From: Selaginella moellendorffii
Lineage: Eukaryota > Plantae > Lycopodiophyta
Direction: 5' to 3'
Length of the DNA stretch: 64,000 bases
NCBI RefSeq assembly: GCF_000143415.4
Contig: NW_003314356.1
Span: 248,001 to 312,000, forward strand
The translations under genes and the position numbers were made by a program. Below are positions 49,875 to 62,915 of this stretch, one piece after another (positions within the stretch are counted from its first letter, which is position 1; each line of letters starts with the position of its first letter). Below the pieces are notes generated by a model that did no database searches, was not told where the DNA came from, and saw only the letters and a program-made list of their open reading frames with translations.

Positions 49875-50866
49875 ACTTGGTATCGGAGCTGTTCCTTAGT
49901 CCAACTTTTATTGGTGCTCAAGTATATCACCACTAGTGTTGGCATCGGAAGGTCCGAGGAGTGGGCCTATCCTTGAGGAGTAGCAAGTCGGGAAGACATG
50001 GCTTTCCATTACAGTTCATGTGTGAACTTGTAGACGAGGTGGTGGATAGAAAAGGGCCAATAATGGAACGACTTTGGGATCTTGGGAACAGTATATGGTT
50101 TTCCTCAAAGAGTTGAGGATGTGATCTAAATGAGCGTTTGACTTAGCAAACTGGCTAATGTAGTTGTGGTAAACAACTACAGTTGGGATCACGGGAAAGA
50201 TAAAGACTCCAAAGCAATAAAGGAGTCACAAGATTTTCCTCATATAGTTGAGGTTGGTGCTCATGAATGTGAGACCAGAAGTAATGACCGTGGGAGGTCA
50301 AATACGGAAGAGGACTCAAGTCCTTGAAAAGGTAGCCGGGGCTACCTCTAATAAATGCTGGAACAACCCAAGGAGTTGGGGGTGTATTAAGTGGATGAGT
50401 TGGTGTTCTCATCACATGGACAAGTAGTCCTAAGGGGCAAAGGTTGCCCCCAGAGAACAAAATCAAGTGTCGGAGTATCCTTCGCACTATATAGGCTCAT
50501 GGACTCCCAACACCAAACACCTGCCGAGAATCTTTCAAGTTAGCACAGTAGTACCAACTCAACAATGCCCACCTAAACAAAGAAAACATGGAGCTCAAGG
50601 TCTAACTTCAAGTGCTCGAGACTGCCATTAAGAACTACACTCGCAATGAGCTCGAGGACTACAAGGAAGAACCAAAGGCTAACACCACAACTGCTACTAC
50701 TACCACAATGGAAGCTTGAGCCATAGAAGCTACTCAACTCTAGTCGTCAGAGAGTAGAGAGGTACATTCATTTTGCATCATGATTTTTGCACAAAGGCAT
50801 TTCCTAAGTTAGGAATTGAGATCAGGATTTCTCCCAGTCCAAATTTCTGACTTGGATGACTAGGCA

Positions 50867-51601
50867 TGTAATGGTTATATAGGCTAGTGATAGCACGCCA
50901 GACCTATCCCCTTTCTATCTTTTTATATCCTTGGCCATAATAACATACACTTCACTTGCTCAACATCTACTCTTCTCTTCCAAGCCTATCTTACTCACTG
51001 CCTTTTAAGGATCAAGGCTGTGAGATGTGCATTAATCTCAGCACCAACATCTTTGCAACAACACATGGCTAAATATTTCTTTCCTTTTTATGTTTGGATC
51101 TAGTTTAGATTAGAGAGGATTCACAAGATCATTGTAGAGGTGATTTTATAGTTCTTCAATAGTATAGAGCACTAGAAATATTCTGATTTCTAGAATATTC
51201 CTCTCTCTGTATAAAGCCCTATGAGTGAATGAGAGAGAGGGCATTTAGGGCAATCGGAAAGAGCTTGAGTTTGTGATAGAAGCCTTGAGAGCTAGAGATA
51301 GAGACGTTAGGAGATAGCCCTCATCTCCCAATAGGGTTGGTAGATCCCTATAATTCTTTAATTGCAAAAACTAATCTCCCAAAGTCATGTGTTACCTTGA
51401 CCATTGAACCACTAATTGCTATGCAATCAATCACAATACCACTAGTTGGGCAATAGAGCTCAAGCAAAACATGCATCACCGATTGAGATTAGTATTGATA
51501 CCCAGATAATGTGTTGTGGATGTTCTCATCCAAGTGATTTGGTATGATGTTAGTAGAGTTATTATATATAGCAAAACACATACAACACACTCGCTATTAT
51601 A
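50867..51601 (+). repeat. Possible 3' LTR of the host gypsy element
   Basis: TGTAATGG...CTATTATA imperfect inverted ends; TATAAA near 51210; no matching 5' LTR found. Confidence 0.3.
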
Positions 51602-51798
51602 AAAATCCTCATGTTTTTTTTATTATAAAACATATGGCAAATCCACATCATAACCTAAAAACTAAAACTCTTAGAGATAACACAAAACACTTCATGATTT
51701 CTTACCTTCTCTAGCATGTCTGGGACACCTTTGGTCTTGACCTCAACACTATCCATGATGTATCTAGAGGAGAACCTCTTGAAGTTTATTTCAATTGT

Positions 51799-51993
51799 TG
51801 TAAGTAACTAAAGAGAATGATTTGAGAGATGATTTATAAAGGTTCAAATATAAAGGGAAAGGGCTTATGAAAAATAGTGCATTCTTTTGTCCAATTAGTT
51901 AATGGATTTGGGATATTTGGGGTTAAATGTCTTTGGGTTTGAATAATACTAAGTTGGATGACATCCTGGGAAGTCCAAATTTAGGAGCTTACA
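51799..51993 (+). repeat. Short (195-bp) LTR remnant of another family, with a degenerate Met PBS
   Basis: TGTAAG...CTTACA followed by TTTGGTATTAGA. Confidence 0.55.
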
Positions 51994-52146
51994 TTTGGTA
52001 TTAGAAATGTCTTGGGTCCAACTCTATTGGTTTGTTTAGGGGAATTACACTATATGTTAAAATTGATATTTGGTAGGTCTAGTTTGCCTTTGGCTAGGCT
52101 CGACCCAAAAGGTAGGGTGTCAAGAGAACGGGGCTTTAAGAAGAGT

Positions 52147-54369
52147 TCTAAGCAACTAAATTTTCCATTCTTGTTTAATCACTTAACCACACCTCTAACC
52201 ATTTGAAGGAGTTTCATTCACAACCTCTATAAGTCTTATTCTAGACTTTGGGAACTTACTAGCCCCATGAATGGCTTGTATGCCACTTAGCCTTTGCACT
52301 TGGTCTGAGTGCTCCACGTGTCCAATCCCATGATTGACACCCAAAGGTACCACTGACATATCAACTTATTACATTAAGGCCATGCTCATTCACCCTTGTC
52401 ACATCAGTAGTCCAAAACCACTTACATCATAGTCCCATCTCTCAAAGACTGGGTCATCCGTCCATAAGTGGTCATCCCTTGACCACATCTTAGTGCCCTT
52501 AGGATGCCCAAAGATATGAGAAACACCATTTCCTAATGTCCCTTCTTCCATTCCCACCAAGTCCCTCTCCATCCACAGCTATGTTTGCTAACACTACCAC
52601 TGGGTCAAGGCCTAAAAGCCCAACCACTAAGTCTTATTGACATTTGAGACTTCCTCACCATATGACCGTATCCTTGGTCACTATACCAGAGGACTACTCC
52701 TCTTCCTTGACTTTGGGATGACATTTCAAAATATTGTGGCCCTACGCGACTCTCATGGGTACTCTCCCTACCTTCTACCTTTATGTGCCCTAACTATGTG
52801 GCTAGAGCAAGGTTCTAATGAGCCATACAAGGTCTCCAAGTAGGTAGTGCCACCCACACTTGGATTGAGAGCATCAACCATTTGATCTCCCGGGGAAGCT
52901 AGAGCTAACTCTTGAACACTTCACCAAGCTACCCCGCTTTTCTATCCATATTCACCCTAGCCTTGGACTCCTTAGTAGATATATCATTACTTAATATATG
53001 GGTATAGCCTTCCTTGATCACATTGGCCTTTTCTAGCCACACTGGCTTCACTAAAGTTCTCCCCCTATTATACTTTTGGAGCTCACCAAACCCCTCAAAG
53101 GCTAGGAGATGATTGCTTTAAGCTTTCACCCTCAATCTTAGACTTGGTCTTGGACTTGGTCTCGATCTTAGTATAGGTTTCGATCTCTATCTCGGTCTCG
53201 ATCTCGGCCTCTTTCTTGGCCTTGACCTCAGACCCCATCTTAGGTCCATCTTGGACTCGACCTCAAACTCCATCTTAGGTCCATCTCGAACTCCATCTCG
53301 GTTCCATCTTGGACTCCATCTTAGGTCAATCTCGGACTCCATCTTAGGTCCATATCAAACCCCATCTTGGACTCCATCTCAAATTCCTTCTTAGACTCCT
53401 TCTTAGACTCTTTTTCGCACTCATTCCTGACACTTCTATCTGTCATGACATTTGTCATGTGTCAGTCCTTCTTGTGTCCCTTTTTAGAGACTCATTCACC
53501 AATTGCTTCATGCTCATTCCTTGAGCACTTTGTTTAGAGTTCCACTCCCGCTCTCAACTTTCGAGTTAGAGCTTTTAGTCCAAACATGTTATGCTTGTTG
53601 GACTTCTGCTTTGACCACTACTATGTGGCACCCTTTTTGCTCCACTTTGGGGCTTAGAGATTTGTGTTTCACAATTCCACTACCCATAGACAAAGTTTGA
53701 TGTCCTCATCGATCAATAAACCATTTTTTAAAGTAACCTCATCATGAATTACCATTTTTCATCTTTCACACTAAGCTAATATTTGTCAATGGTTCGACAT
53801 TGAAGGCTCAACATGCCTTGCCCATCCTTTAAGGGGCGTAGTCTCTTCAACTTAAAGACTCATTTGATCACAAATGGTGGTCCCTCCCCTTTATTCATTT
53901 AGTTTTCACTAAACTCATTAGAGACACCTTCTCTATTTTGATTTTACTACTCATTTTGGAGTACTCTTAGCCTCTACTAACATAACTATCACATTTTAAA
54001 ACTTTAATATTGATACTTCTTTCTCAATTTCCTAAGTGTGTCCAACACTTTTCATTGCGTCGGTTATGCAAACACCACTTCCCCATCCTAGGAAGTTCTT
54101 TACTTGTGGGCGCCATCATCCTTTCTTTTCTTTTTTGCCACACTTGGCATTAAGTTTTACTTTTCAAAATTCGTACTAGGGTTATTTATGGCCCTATCAT
54201 TTGGCTACTTTGCCGCTCCATCTTTTAGAGCCTTCATCTTTACCAAATTGAAGCATTTAAGAATCTATTCTTGAAAATATATTTCCTTTTCCACAATCCA
54301 TTAGCATCCACCACATGGGTATTCCTTGCTTAACTTGTTGTTTGGATTCATTTCAATTATTTCCATGGC
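52147..54369 (-). mobile_element. Old, decayed family A copy: 3' LTR 52147-53673, PPT and internal region (continues at 58500-58843)
   Basis: Reverse complement of the family A LTR and internal 3' end, with many transitions. Confidence 0.9.
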
Positions 54370-57300
54370 TATTAGGTGCCAGCTTTAACCACGTGATCAA
54401 TGTCAGTCAAAAGGAGGCTCAATGGTATATTAAGGCATGTTAGGGTAAGGGACTTAACCTACCCTAAGGCTCATAGTGAAGCAGTGGCACAATAGAGCTT
54501 TTGAGGTAGCTTAAAGGTGGTTAGGTGGTGAGGAACCTCAAAAGGTGGCATAGCATAGTCTAGAGAGAATAAATCTTTATCTTTTTATGCCAGATCATAA
54601 CATTGGTATCAAAAAAGTTGGTTGCGATGGCCGACCAAGTTGAAAGCTGGAATCCTATTATCGATGGTGGTGCTAAAGATAGTGCCAATAGGGCTATGGA
54701 GGTTTGGACCATTCAAGATGTTGTTCAAAAGCTGCAAGCCCTTAATTGAAATCAGCAAAAGATGCAAGATGAGATGCATGGCATGATGGATACCATGCAT
54801 GAGCATGTTGAGGCACTCAAGGTTGGACATAGTAGCACTCCAAGTAAGCCTTCCTTGGTAGATTGACTCAAGATCTCAACCTTTTCCAATGATGGTGGTG
54901 TGGCTAGCCAATGTGAAAATGTTCTTGATTGCTAGGGGAACTCCAAATGTAGAGGCTTTACTAGCTATTCCAATGGTTTTGTGTGATGTGGTCTTTGGTG
55001 GTGGAATTAGTTTGAGGAGTCTCATGTTGCAGACAAGAAACCACTAGTGTCTACCATGGATGAGTTTGAGGTTGCTTTTCATTTACATTTTGCCCCTCAC
55101 TACAATGTGGAAAATGCTCGTACAAAACTTCGATATTTCAGCAAGGGAAAATGGATTATATTATTGAGAAGTTTACTCGCTTAATTAACTATGTTCCAAC
55201 GAAGGATCCAGATCAAAACAAGTCCTAGTTCATTGATGGCCTTCATAATGAGAACATGCGGCAACACTTGCATAATTCTCAACCTATAAAGAGTTTCGAG
55301 GAGCTATTTGATGCGGCTTGTTGACTTGATAATGTTAAGCACAAGTCTTGCAAGAATTTCAGGAGTCCTTCTATCAAGAATCGTCATGATGATTGCCATG
55401 GATACAAGGATGGGAACAAACACCACAAGTTGAAGTCTATGGTGACTACTTCAGATGCAAAGGGGTCAAAGAAGTAGAAGTTCTTTGTGAAGAATTATAG
55501 ACAGGGTTGTCATCATTGTGGCGAGCTTGAACATTACAAGGCTGATTGTCCACAGCTGAAAAACAAGCAGCAGGGCAAAATGAATGGCTAATCTTCTACT
55601 GACAGTACGTCAGATACTAAAAAGTTGCAAGCTTTGCAATGTGAAGATGACAGGGACGACCATTCCAATCGAAGGAAGAAGCTTTGAATTGTTGCTCATC
55701 AACTCAACTATGTGTGGAACAAGATGGACCTCAAGGATACTTGTGAATCAGCTTTAATGCTGGAGGGCATGTTCTGTGGCGATCTAGTGCAAATTTTACT
55801 TAATAATGGGAGTAATGGCAATTTTTTTTTAGCAAAGTTTGTTGCGGAGCATGGCTTGGTCACACAAGGAGTCCTTTCCTAAATGGTGGAAGGTGCAACT
55901 ACCTCTGCTTAGCATTTCAATGGTTGTGTAGAGAGGCTGGAACTATTGGTTGGCAAAACCACACTTCTAGAAACTTTTTATCTCATAGATATCCATCGTA
56001 TGGATCTCATTCTTGGGATGCCATGATTGGTGAAGGTGGATCTAGCAATAAAGTGGAGTATTAAACGTGTCTCATTGGAGTACAGTGGCATTAAAGATGT
56101 GTGGTTTGGAGAGGGAGTTTAACCTCTAGTTGTTATGTTGTTTGCTACATCTTTGAAGTGGGCTTGTCGTAATAGAAAAACACTTTCAAGTTACTTGCTG
56201 TTTATTCATGACTTGGGGGATTAAGGCACGTGTGGGGGAGAAGCAATAGTACGGGATATACTCGATAAGTTTTCTAATATTTTTCCATCTGAACTTCCTC
56301 GTGGGTTGCCTCCACTACGAGGTGTGGAGCATGGGATTATGTTGGAGCTAAGGATAAGGCCAATTTACCAGCATCCATTTCAGTTAAATTATGTAGAGGA
56401 GCAAGAAGTTCAATGACAAGTCAAGGAATTACTTGAGTTTGGATTTATTCAACCAAGTAAGTCTCTGTTTGGTACTCCAGTCTTACTTGTAAAAAAGAAG
56501 GATGATTCAATACGGATGTGTATTGACTACCATGCCTTAAGAAGACAATGAAGGATAAAATGCTGATGTCACATGTGAATGATATCTTAGACAAGCTTAG
56601 TGAAGCACGAGTGTTTACCAAGATTGATTTGAGGAGTAGATATCATCAAATTGTAATGGATGATGCATCTATCTCTAAGACAGCATTCAATACAAGCTTT
56701 GGACATTTTGAGTTTACAGTTATGCCGTTTGGTTTGACAAATGCACCAGTGACATTTACTCGATTAATAACAAGGTATTTAAGCATTATCTTTATGAGTT
56801 TATGGAGATTTTATTGGATGATATTCTTGTTTTCAGCAAGAATATGGAGGAGCATATGGTGCATTTGTGCAAGGTTCTTTTATTACTATATGACAACAAA
56901 CTTTATGCAAAAAAGAGCAAATATGAATTTGCAAAGTTGGAGGTGGAATATTTAAGCCATATTGTGACATCTAAGGGTGTCAAGACAGATCCAAGGAAGG
57001 TGGCTGTAGTGGAGAACTGGCCTACACCAACTTCAGTGGCTAAGTTACGCAATTTTCTTTGTATAGCTAGTTACTACTAATGTTTCTAGCATATACCAAT
57101 TCCTTTAACACAATTGTTATGCAAGAACATCCCATTCAAGTGGAAGAAGCCACAAGAAGAGAGTTTTGTGGCACTGAAACAATTATTGAGCAAGGCTCCA
57201 GTGCTTTGCATTGCTAATCCATCAAAACTTTATGAGGTGACATGTGATGTGAGTGGTTATGCACTAGGAGGAATTCTCATGCAAAAGGGACAACCTATTG

Positions 57301-58499
57301 TATATGAGAGTCAAACTTTGAATCTCATAGAACAGTGTTATTTCACATATGAGCCTCTATTGTTCATACTTTGCAAACATGGCGACATTATCTTTATAGT
57401 GCTATGTTTGTGGTGTTGACAGATCACAAACCACTTGTGTATCTTTTCACACAGAAGGAATTGAACACTAGGCAAGTTCGTTGGATGGTCAAACTCATGT
57501 ACTTTAGGGAGTTTCTTATTGAGCACCATCCTAGAAAATCAAATATGGTGGCATCTAGAGGCCAGTCATTTTGGGGGGAAGAAGATGTATGAGTTGATTT
57601 TTAGTGCAAGTGCAATTTTTATTGGAGGAATATGAAGGCTCTCGAGTATTGTAAATCATGCGAGCTTTGTCAATGAGTACAAGTGCCATAGGAGTTATTG
57701 ATGTAGTATCTCAATGGACTTCATCACTTAGTTGCCACGGTGGAATTAGGATTGCATTTGAGTAAGGATATTCAAGATAAGCTTAATTCTGAAATAACTG
57801 GTCTAGCCACCGAACTTGATGAGATTCTAATGGTGATTTGCAGGCAGCTCAGAATAAAGTGGAGAAGCTTGCTAATGAGCATTGCCAATTCCAAGAATAT
57901 AAAGTGGCTGATCTCGTCTTCATGCGAGTGATCTTTCCGTCATGTGAGCAGCAGAACACCTTCATGCCTTTATGGATAGGGAAGAGTGACAAACTTTCCC
58001 ATTGATATATTGGTCCATGTGAAGTGCTAGAGTGCATTTGTAAAGCAGCTTATTAGGTGTGACAACCAGCAGGGGTGAAAATTCATCCGATATTTAATGT
58101 TAGCTAGTTGAAAGGTGTATTATCTCAGAGTGATGGGCCCAATGCCTCCTTGATGTATATGGTTGTGGAAGATGGACCAAGAGCTTGAGTAGGGTTCCCC
58201 AAAAAGTGTGATCACTGGTACAACTCATCCTTGGGACAAGGACTTTGTTGGGGGGGGGGGGGCAATTGTTAAGTGCCAGCTTTGACCACATGGTCAATTT
58301 TGGTCAAAAGGAGGCTCAAGGGTATATCAAGGCATGTTAGGGTAAAGGATTTAACCTACCCTAGGGCTCATAGTGGAGCAACGGCGTAGTGGAGTTTTTG
58401 AGGTAGTTCAAGGGTGGTTAGGTGGTGAAGAACCTCAAGAAGTGGCATAGCATAGTCTAAGGAGACTAGATCTCTATCTTTTTGCACTAGATCTTAACA
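54370..58499 (+). mobile_element. Decayed Ty3/gypsy element (family C) with 233-bp LTRs at 54370-54602 and 58267-58499
   Basis: TSD ATGGC/ATAGC; PBS TGGTATCA; G-run PPT; CHHCGELEHYKADC knuckle; RT FTKIDLRSRYHQI, VMPFGLTNAP, LLDDIL; RNase H TCDVSGYALG; integrase largely deleted. Confidence 0.92.
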
Positions 58500-58843
58500 A
58501 TAGCCCATTCTTGACCACTAGTTTTTTGCTTCTATCTTTTGATTGTTGCACCATATAATATAGGATCACTACAACCATCCTTGAGGTATCCATTTTTGTT
58601 CCATAGCAAAGGCTCTATCTTGCCAAGTCCATATTCACCTTTAGTAAGTCTCTTCAACATTATTTGTTGTGGGCTCTACCTACGGCCCAACATTATGACC
58701 CTCTTATACATCTTTTTTAGAGACTTCTTTCTTGGACTCACCATATTAACACAACATATTTCCCTTAAGTTTCCTTCTCATTTGGTCACCTTGACTAAAT
58801 CACATTATTACTAATAATTCAAATCAACACTTTGAACTAGAAT

Positions 58844-59256
58844 GTAAGCGACTAAATTTTCCATTCTACTTTAGTCACTTAACCACACCTCCAACCACTT
58901 GGAGGAGTCTCATTCACAACCTCCATAAGTCCTATTTTAGACTTGGGCTTGCCAGTCCCAAGAATGGCATCCCTGCCATTCAACCTTTGCACTTGATCTT
59001 AGTGCTCCACGTGTCCGATCCCATGACCGACACCCCAAGGTACCACCGACATATCAACCCGTTACACTAAGGCCATGCCCCTTTACCTTGGTCACACTGG
59101 TGGTCTAACACCACCTGCATCACAGTCCCATCTCTCAAGGACTGAGCCATCTGTCCATGAGTGATCATTCTAGATCCACTCCTTAGCATCCTTAAGATGC
59201 CCACAAACATGGGGAATTGCCTTCCCCAATATCCCTTTTTTTAGTTTTCACCAAGT
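58844..59256 (-). repeat. 3' part of another family A LTR, abutting family A internal sequence and cut by family B
   Basis: TGTAAGCGACTAAATTTTCC is the reverse complement of the LTR end. Confidence 0.85.
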
Positions 59257-61659
59257 TGTAAGCCACAAATTTTTCCTTTCCAATTTGCTAGCTTACCTCA
59301 TCTATTTGTCCGACACTGCCTTGGCTTTTGCTAGGTTCCCTCGCCAAGGTTCTCGCCTATGGTACCAACTCCTACTTGATCCTACTTGCTTTCAGCTACT
59401 CACTGCACGAGCAACGGAGCGTTAGCCATCCATCCACGGATTCCCAATCTCTCCTAATCCACCTCCCCGGGTTAGACTGGACTTAAGGTTCAGCTACACT
59501 CCCCGCAAGCACAAGCAGCCAAGCACACTAAGCTTCCAGGTTTCTAACATCCCTTGGTACCACAAGACTTGATAATGGGACCCTCTAAATCCCAAGTCTT
59601 GAGTGCAACACTTGCTTTGGGACGCCGGGGCGAAACACCGTGGCCTAGCGGCCCGGTAAGGGTACCTCTACCGCCCCACTTCCATCCCGAAGGAAGGCCC
59701 AAGCCCCTACGAAGGGCGAGGACCAATGAGCCGCATGGTACTCAAGTGGGGCACCACTCCACATGAGCCGGGAGCACCGCAATCGGTTTCCCTTTCGGGA
59801 GTGGGAGCTGCTCTTGAGCACTTCCTTGGATGGCCCCTCCGGCACCAACCAAGTCCATGCTCACTCCCACCCAAGGCCCCTCGGTCCCAGTCCCAACCTC
59901 AAGTCGGTTTGGGAGCCCCACTGGAGAGTCCCTTCAAAACTGGTTCCTGAACCTCACTATCCCTACTATACTTTTGGAACCCCCTTGCAGCCCCCCCCCC
60001 CCCCTTTGGGACACGCACACTTTGGGCTTTCACCCCTTGACCCGTATTAGTATTTGGACTTAGTCTCTGGCTCGATCTCGGACCCGATTTCGGATCCGAC
60101 TTCGGATTCGGTTTTGGACTCGATCTCGGACTCGGTCTCGGACCCGATCTCGGACCCGATCTCGGACTCGATCTCGGACCCGACTTCGGACTCGACTTCG
60201 GACTCGACCTCGGACTCGACCTCGGACTCAGTCTCGGACCCGATTTCGGATCTCGGACTCCGTCTCGAACTCAGTCCCTGTTAGGTGCCAGCTTTGACTA
60301 CGTGGTCAACATCGGTCAAAGGGAGGCTCAAGGGTATATTAAGGCATGTTAGGGTAAGGGACTTAACCTACCCTAGGGCTCACAGTGGAGCGGTGGTGCA
60401 GTGGAGCTTTTGAGGTAGCTCGGGGGTGGTTGGGTGGTGAGGAACCTCAAGAGGTGGCGTAGCATAGTCTAGGGCAACGAGATCTTTGTCTTTTTGCGCC
60501 AGATCATAACATTGGTATCAGAGCGATAATTGGCGATGCTCATTGGCAAACTGAGTGTGTGAATCAGATGGTGGAGGATATGCTACGTTGTAGCATTGGT
60601 CAAAGGCAAGGACAGTGGGATCTATATCTTCCATTGGTGCAATTTGCTTACAACAATAGCCAACATAGTGGAACCAAGCTAAGTCCTTACTTTGCGATGT
60701 TTGGAAGGCATCCTCGAACAGCGGTGGAGTTGGGATTGCATTTGAGTAAGGACGTTCAATAAAAGCTTGATTCCGAGGCAACTGATCTGGCCACAGAACT
60801 TGATGAGATTTTGGTGGTGTGCAAACGGAATTTGAAGGCAGCTCAGGATAGAGCGGAGAAGTTTGCTAATGAGCATCGCCAATTCCGGGAATATAAGGTG
60901 GGTGATCTCGTCTTTGTGCGAGTGATCTTTCCATCAAGTGAGCGGCGGAACACCTTGGTGCCTTTATGGATAGGGAAGAGTGATAAACTCTCCCATTGAT
61001 ATGCTGGTCCATATGAAGTGCTGGAGCGCATTGGTAAAGCAGCTTATCGAGTGTGGCTGCCAGCTGGGGTGAAAATTCATCCGGTATTTTATGTCAGCCA
61101 GTTGAAAGGTGTACTATCTCGGAGTGACGGGCCCAATGCCTCCTTGATGTATACGGCTGTGGAAGATGGACTAGGAGCTTGAGCAGGATTCCCCAGAAAG
61201 GGTGCTCACCGGTACAACTCGTCCTTGGGACAAGGACTTTGTTGGGGGGGAAGAATTGTTAGGCGCCAGCTTTGACTACGTGGTCAACTTCGGTCAAAGG
61301 GAGGCTCAAGGGTATATTAAGGCATGTTAAGGTAAGTGACTTAACCTACCCTAGGGCTCACAGTGGAGCGGCGGCGCAGTGGAGCTTTTGAGGTATCTCG
61401 GGGGTGGTTGGGTGGTGAGGAACCTCAAGAGGTGGCGTAGCATAGTCTAGGGCAACGAGATCTTTGTCTTTTTGCGCCAGATCATAACAGTCCCCGAGTC
61501 GGTCTCGGACTCGATTCCGGACTCTATCTCGAACTCGGTCTCCGAGTCGGTCTTGGACTCGATCTTCGACTTGGTCCCATCCGATGAACTCTTTGTCATT
61601 TTGGTCATGCTTTCGGGATTCCTTTAGCCTACGACACCTCGGCGAGTTGGTTCCTTACA
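59257..61659 (-). repeat. 3' LTR of chromovirus family B (~1190 bp net of the nested family C insertion)
   Basis: TGTAAG...CTTACA on the minus strand; PPT at 61660-61673; GATCGAGTCCGA-type 12-mer repeats; shares GGGTGAAAGCCCAAAG and CCAAAAGTATAGTAGGG with the family A LTR. Confidence 0.88.
60279..61489 (+). mobile_element. 1.2-kb TRIM-like deletion derivative of family C
   Basis: LTRs 60279-60511 and 61257-61489 (7 differences counted by eye); TSD GTCCC; PBS TGGTATCAGAGC; G-rich PPT; internal sequence is the integrase 3' part only. Confidence 0.95.
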
Positions 61660-61738
61660 ACTCCACCACCCATCAAAGAAGTTCGATGCCCACATCGAAC
61701 GTCTCTTTTTTATCCTACAACTTGTTGACCATGTTTAT

Positions 61739-61968
61739 GGGGGCATCCCCCCACTTAGCGGTGTGCCTAAGTTAGCCTCCCCGGCCAAGAGCCCATGACA
61801 ACGGAATATAGGTGTCCCTATACTCCTCACCTCACCACGCCCTAGTATGGGGTCGGGACTTGAATCCAGCCTTGCTTTACTAGGGGGTTGGGACTCAAAC
61901 CCAACCTCCGTAGAATACGTCTACGGATTCGACATCCCCACAGGGAGTCGGGCGTAGCTCCCTACACC
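61739..61968 (-). ncRNA. Family B 3'-UTR structured element, homologous to the family A element
   Basis: Same hairpin order and loop sequences with different but still paired stems. Confidence 0.7.
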
Positions 61969-62445
61969 TGGTCGACCTAGCTAACCCATGCTAATTAGCT
62001 TACCTTCGGTGCACCTTCGGGTCCCAACATATGCCACTTGCTCAACTTTGCAAATTGATATTTTTAATTGAACTTTGCATAAGTACATAGAGTTCTGCCT
62101 TGCAGAAATTCCTCCACTAGATCTCACACGTTCGCTAGGTTCTCCTCCGGTTCCCATGTTGCTTCGCAGTGTGGAAATCCTTTCCACTTCACATGGAACT
62201 CTCTCACCTCGCGTCTTTGTCGCTTGCTCTTGCGCGCATTGAGGATGGCCTCGACTTCGTATTCCTCTTCCCCTTGGATAACCTCAGGTAAAGGTCTTAC
62301 TTGGTCCTTGCAAAGCGGATCCTCAAAGTACGGCTTGAGTAAGTTCACGTGGAACACTGGGTGCATCTTCCCCATCTCTCGAGGAAGTCGGAGTCGGTAA
62401 GCCACTTTACCGATTCGTGCCTCAATCTTGTAAGGCCCCGCGAAC

Positions 62446-62497
62446 CTGCTTAAGGAACTCAAGATCAATTCATTTATAGGAATACATGCATTTTTAC
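62446..62497 (-). other. Putative 52-nt GT-AG intron in the integrase
   Basis: CAAAG|GTAAAA...TTGAT...TTCCTTAAGCAG|GTTC; removal restores KLTQRFAGPY. Confidence 0.8.
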
Positions 62498-62915
62498 CTT
62501 TGGGTCAACTTTCGGCTGATCCCACTTGGTAGCCTAAGGTTCTTGGTGTTCAGCCACACCTTCTCCCCAGCTTGGAACTCTACATCTCGGCGCTTTAGGT
62601 TTGCATACTTGGTTTGCCTTTGTTGAGCCCGTTCCAAGGAATCCCTCACTAGATTCCAAATGTTGAATCTTTCCGCCGTGAATGCCTCCACTGCGGGTAG
62701 CTCTCCATGATACTCAGCCATGCCGAGTTCCACAGGACCTTCAATAGCTCGCCCATTGATGACTTCCCATGGACTCACCCCGATACTCGAATGTGGTGAG
62801 TTGTTATAACACATTTCCGCAAGTCCCAAATGACTTACCCAATCGGTCTGGTCTCCCTAGACATAGCATTGCAAATAATCCTCCAGCTGCCTATTCACCC
62901 TTTCCGTTTGTCCGT

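Larger units (their letters stand above)
14899..50477 (+). mobile_element. Head-to-tail array of a non-autonomous LARD-like LTR retrotransposon (family A)
   Basis: Ten TGTGAGACAC LTR starts (14899, 20641, 21625, 22250, 28176, 28801, 34750, 36541, 42411, 48094); LTR ends ...GTCGCTTACA followed by a PBS; five complete internal regions (4062-4154 bp) with no recognisable protein motifs. Confidence 0.92.
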
